A stretch of DNA of 52,136 nucleotides, filler included, from Sphacelaria rigidula (taxonomy: Eukaryota), in NCBI GenBank assembly GCA_964200075.2. It is 4 parts of 4 records of this genome, joined end to end, with 100 filler letters (N's around TTAATTAATTAA, not from the genome) between each part and the next. Parts side by side here need not be neighbours in the genome. Positions count along the whole stretch, not along the records: positions 39,179 to 52,136 come from CAXNAA020003267.1; 3 more parts are not named here. The stretch is one strand, 5' to 3'. Position 1 is the stretch's first letter. Every line of letters begins with the position of its first letter. Position numbers and translations under genes: made by a program. Below are positions 50,301-52,136 of the stretch, piece by piece. The notes below the pieces were generated by a model, which worked only from the letters and a program-made list of their open reading frames with translations, did not search any database and was not told where the DNA came from.

Positions 50301-51271
50301 GGTGCAAAACTTTGGTGTGTGGGTGAGTGATACCGCCACGCATTTCAAGAATGCGATCTTGGCCCGATTGCGGGAGGCTTTGCGCGTTGATCACCAGTTT
50401 GCGGTAGCGTATTCTCCTTGGTCTAACGGTACGTGCGAACGCATGGTCAAGGAAGTAGTTCGTGCTCTTCACTCTATTCTTCTCGAGCAGCGTAGAGCGG
50501 TTTCCGAGTGGGTAGGCGTGTTGCCGGCGGTGCAATGGGCGCTTAATACAGCGTATCGTCGTCGTTACGATAGTACGCCGTACCACATGATGTTTGATCG
50601 TGCCCCTCGGACGTCTTTCTCGGTGCTGGCGTCTTCGTCGGCGGGGGAATGGAATTGTGATGTTTTGGGCGATGTTCAAATTAAGACTGCATTGCAAGGA
50701 GTCTTGGACTTGCAGGAACGTTGCCACGTTCAAGTGCAGGAACGTGTTGCCGCTGAACGTGCGCGTAGACGTGAGATGGGTCCTCCTCGGGGCTGTAACT
50801 GCCGAATTTTGAGGTAGGCGACTATGTCTTGTATAGACGCGTGCATCGTCCGGGTATTACGCCCAAGTTGATGGCGACGTGGACTGGTTCGTGGAGAGTG
50901 GTTGGAGCTCACCACCCGCACGTGTTTGAGATTCATAACATTGATTCGGGTCGTGTTCAGACCGCCCATGTAGCTCGTTTGCGTTTTTATGCAGAACGCA
51001 GCTTAATGTTACGGCTAACGATATAAGGACGTGTTCCAGCATGCCTTCAATCGGGGCAATTTCAAATTGCTGGTATTGTCCGAGTGGCAGAAGCAGATGA
51101 TCGTTCGTTGATCGTGTTGGTCGACTGGATTGGTTTCGAAGTTGAGGAGTGGGAGCCTTTCAAGGATATTGTTTAGGCCGCTCCGGAATTTCTCACGAAG
51201 GAGTTGCGTAAATTGCGCGTGATTCGTGCCGTTGCTGCTCGCATTACGAGTGAGTTTGGTATTAAATTGTG
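47389..51271 (+). pseudogene. gag-pol: Gypsy gag-pol remnant: Gag, protease, truncated RT/RNase H, integrase, chromodomain
   Basis: CHRCGQVGHYARDC knuckle; DSGA protease; integrase HHCC (HDAGHRG...CLHC), VHFDF, WVSDTATHF, YSPWSNGTCERM; chromodomain-like IAGIVRV...VLVDWIGFE..EWEP at ~51060-51200. The start coordinate is approximate. Confidence 0.9.
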
Positions 51272-51345
51272 ACTTACTCATCGTTTTGGCGTTTTCCATT
51301 GTCAAGTTTGTTGATCGATTTTCGTCCAACGCGCTTTGGGGGTGC

Positions 51346-51593
51346 TGTGACGAAAATACGCCGTTACGTTGAGTTGGTAGTGGTGATATGGATAATGACC
51401 GCTGGTAGTGATGATCTGGATAATGACCGGGAACACTAGGTTGATACTCTGGCGTGTCTAGGTGGGTGCCCTGGAAGGTCAATCCTGAAAAATGAGAATG
51501 TTGTTAAGGCTGACAACTGAAACCGAGGCCAGAAAGACTGGGGAGTCCCTCAACAGCAGTGATCCCACAGTGCTTCCACTGGCCGGAGTCACA
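51346..51593 (+). repeat. Gypsy 3' LTR (248 bp)
   Basis: Uninterrupted copy of the split 5' LTR; carries a single ccggg at the site where the copia inserted in the 5' copy. Confidence 0.93.
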
Positions 51594-52136
51594 GCCCCCC
51601 TACCCCTCCCCGGCCCCGTTTTCCCCTATCGTCTAGTTGGCTCATGCATCAGACCGGCATTAAAAAAAACATATAATTCCAAAACAATCACGTGTCAAAG
51701 ACACCATCCTCGGGGGGATAGCGGGCTACAGATGGTACCATCACATTTTTTTCACACTCCGCGCGGGGCAGGGGGGCAGCAGTGTAAAAAAAAAACATGA
51801 ATCTTGTGTGTGAGGAGTCGTACCAGCGCACACCTAACGTACAATCAATATTGTTTTTTTCACGTGTATATATACATATTTCATTTCTAGACCCCTAGGA
51901 CGCGCTAGGAGGAGAGGTGGCAGCCATGTCAAGACCAAACATTACATTTGTGGGTAATGAACCGTGCGAACGCACACCTAACGTCAGATGTCATTTTTTA
52001 TACCTACAATCGTATATTTATTTCAATTTTTCATTGCCCCATAATCTGGGCGCCGGAGGCGGAAGGGGGAGGGGTGTACTCATGATCATGCATGCCATAG
52101 TCATATGACCATTGACCTCGCATCCCTACAAAGCCG

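Larger units (their letters stand above)
40500..51593 (+). mobile_element. Ty3/gypsy chromovirus-type LTR retrotransposon, internally deleted, with a copia element nested in its 5' LTR
   Basis: 5' LTR is 40500-40585 plus 46854-47038; 3' LTR is 51346-51593 (TGTGAC...GTCACA). 4-bp TSD gccc at 40496-40499 and 51594-51597. Domain order is gag-PR-(RT/RH remnants)-INT-chromodomain. Confidence 0.93.

Overview
Eukaryotic, intron-rich, repeat-dense DNA, most consistent with a brown alga or related photosynthetic stramenopile (inference from short exons, GT-AG introns and a signal peptide followed by an 'AF' plastid-targeting motif). It consists of four contigs joined by three artificial N/TTAATTAATTAA spacers. 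By-eye splicing gives four host genes: a PAP/fibrillin-like gene (+, ~1913-5191), an LRR/coiled-coil gene ending in a CaaX box (-, 5791-11334, 5' end missing), part of a DUF726/TMCO4-like gene with a very large low-complexity insert (-, 14944-22632), and a probable plastid-targeted membrane protein gene (-, 26314-31391). The most unusual feature is a decayed four-exon gene (+, 31775-~37682) in which two duplicated AP2-like + AT-hook exons splice in frame onto a divergent IS630/Tc1/mariner-type DDE transposase. It lies between degraded inverted repeats and has a TAA-target MITE in one intron. The right end holds a Ty1/copia element inserted in the 5' LTR of an internally deleted chromodomain-bearing Ty3/gypsy element. 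MITEs, a tRNA-derived SINE and minisatellites fill the introns. All family calls come from motif recognition only; no searches were run.
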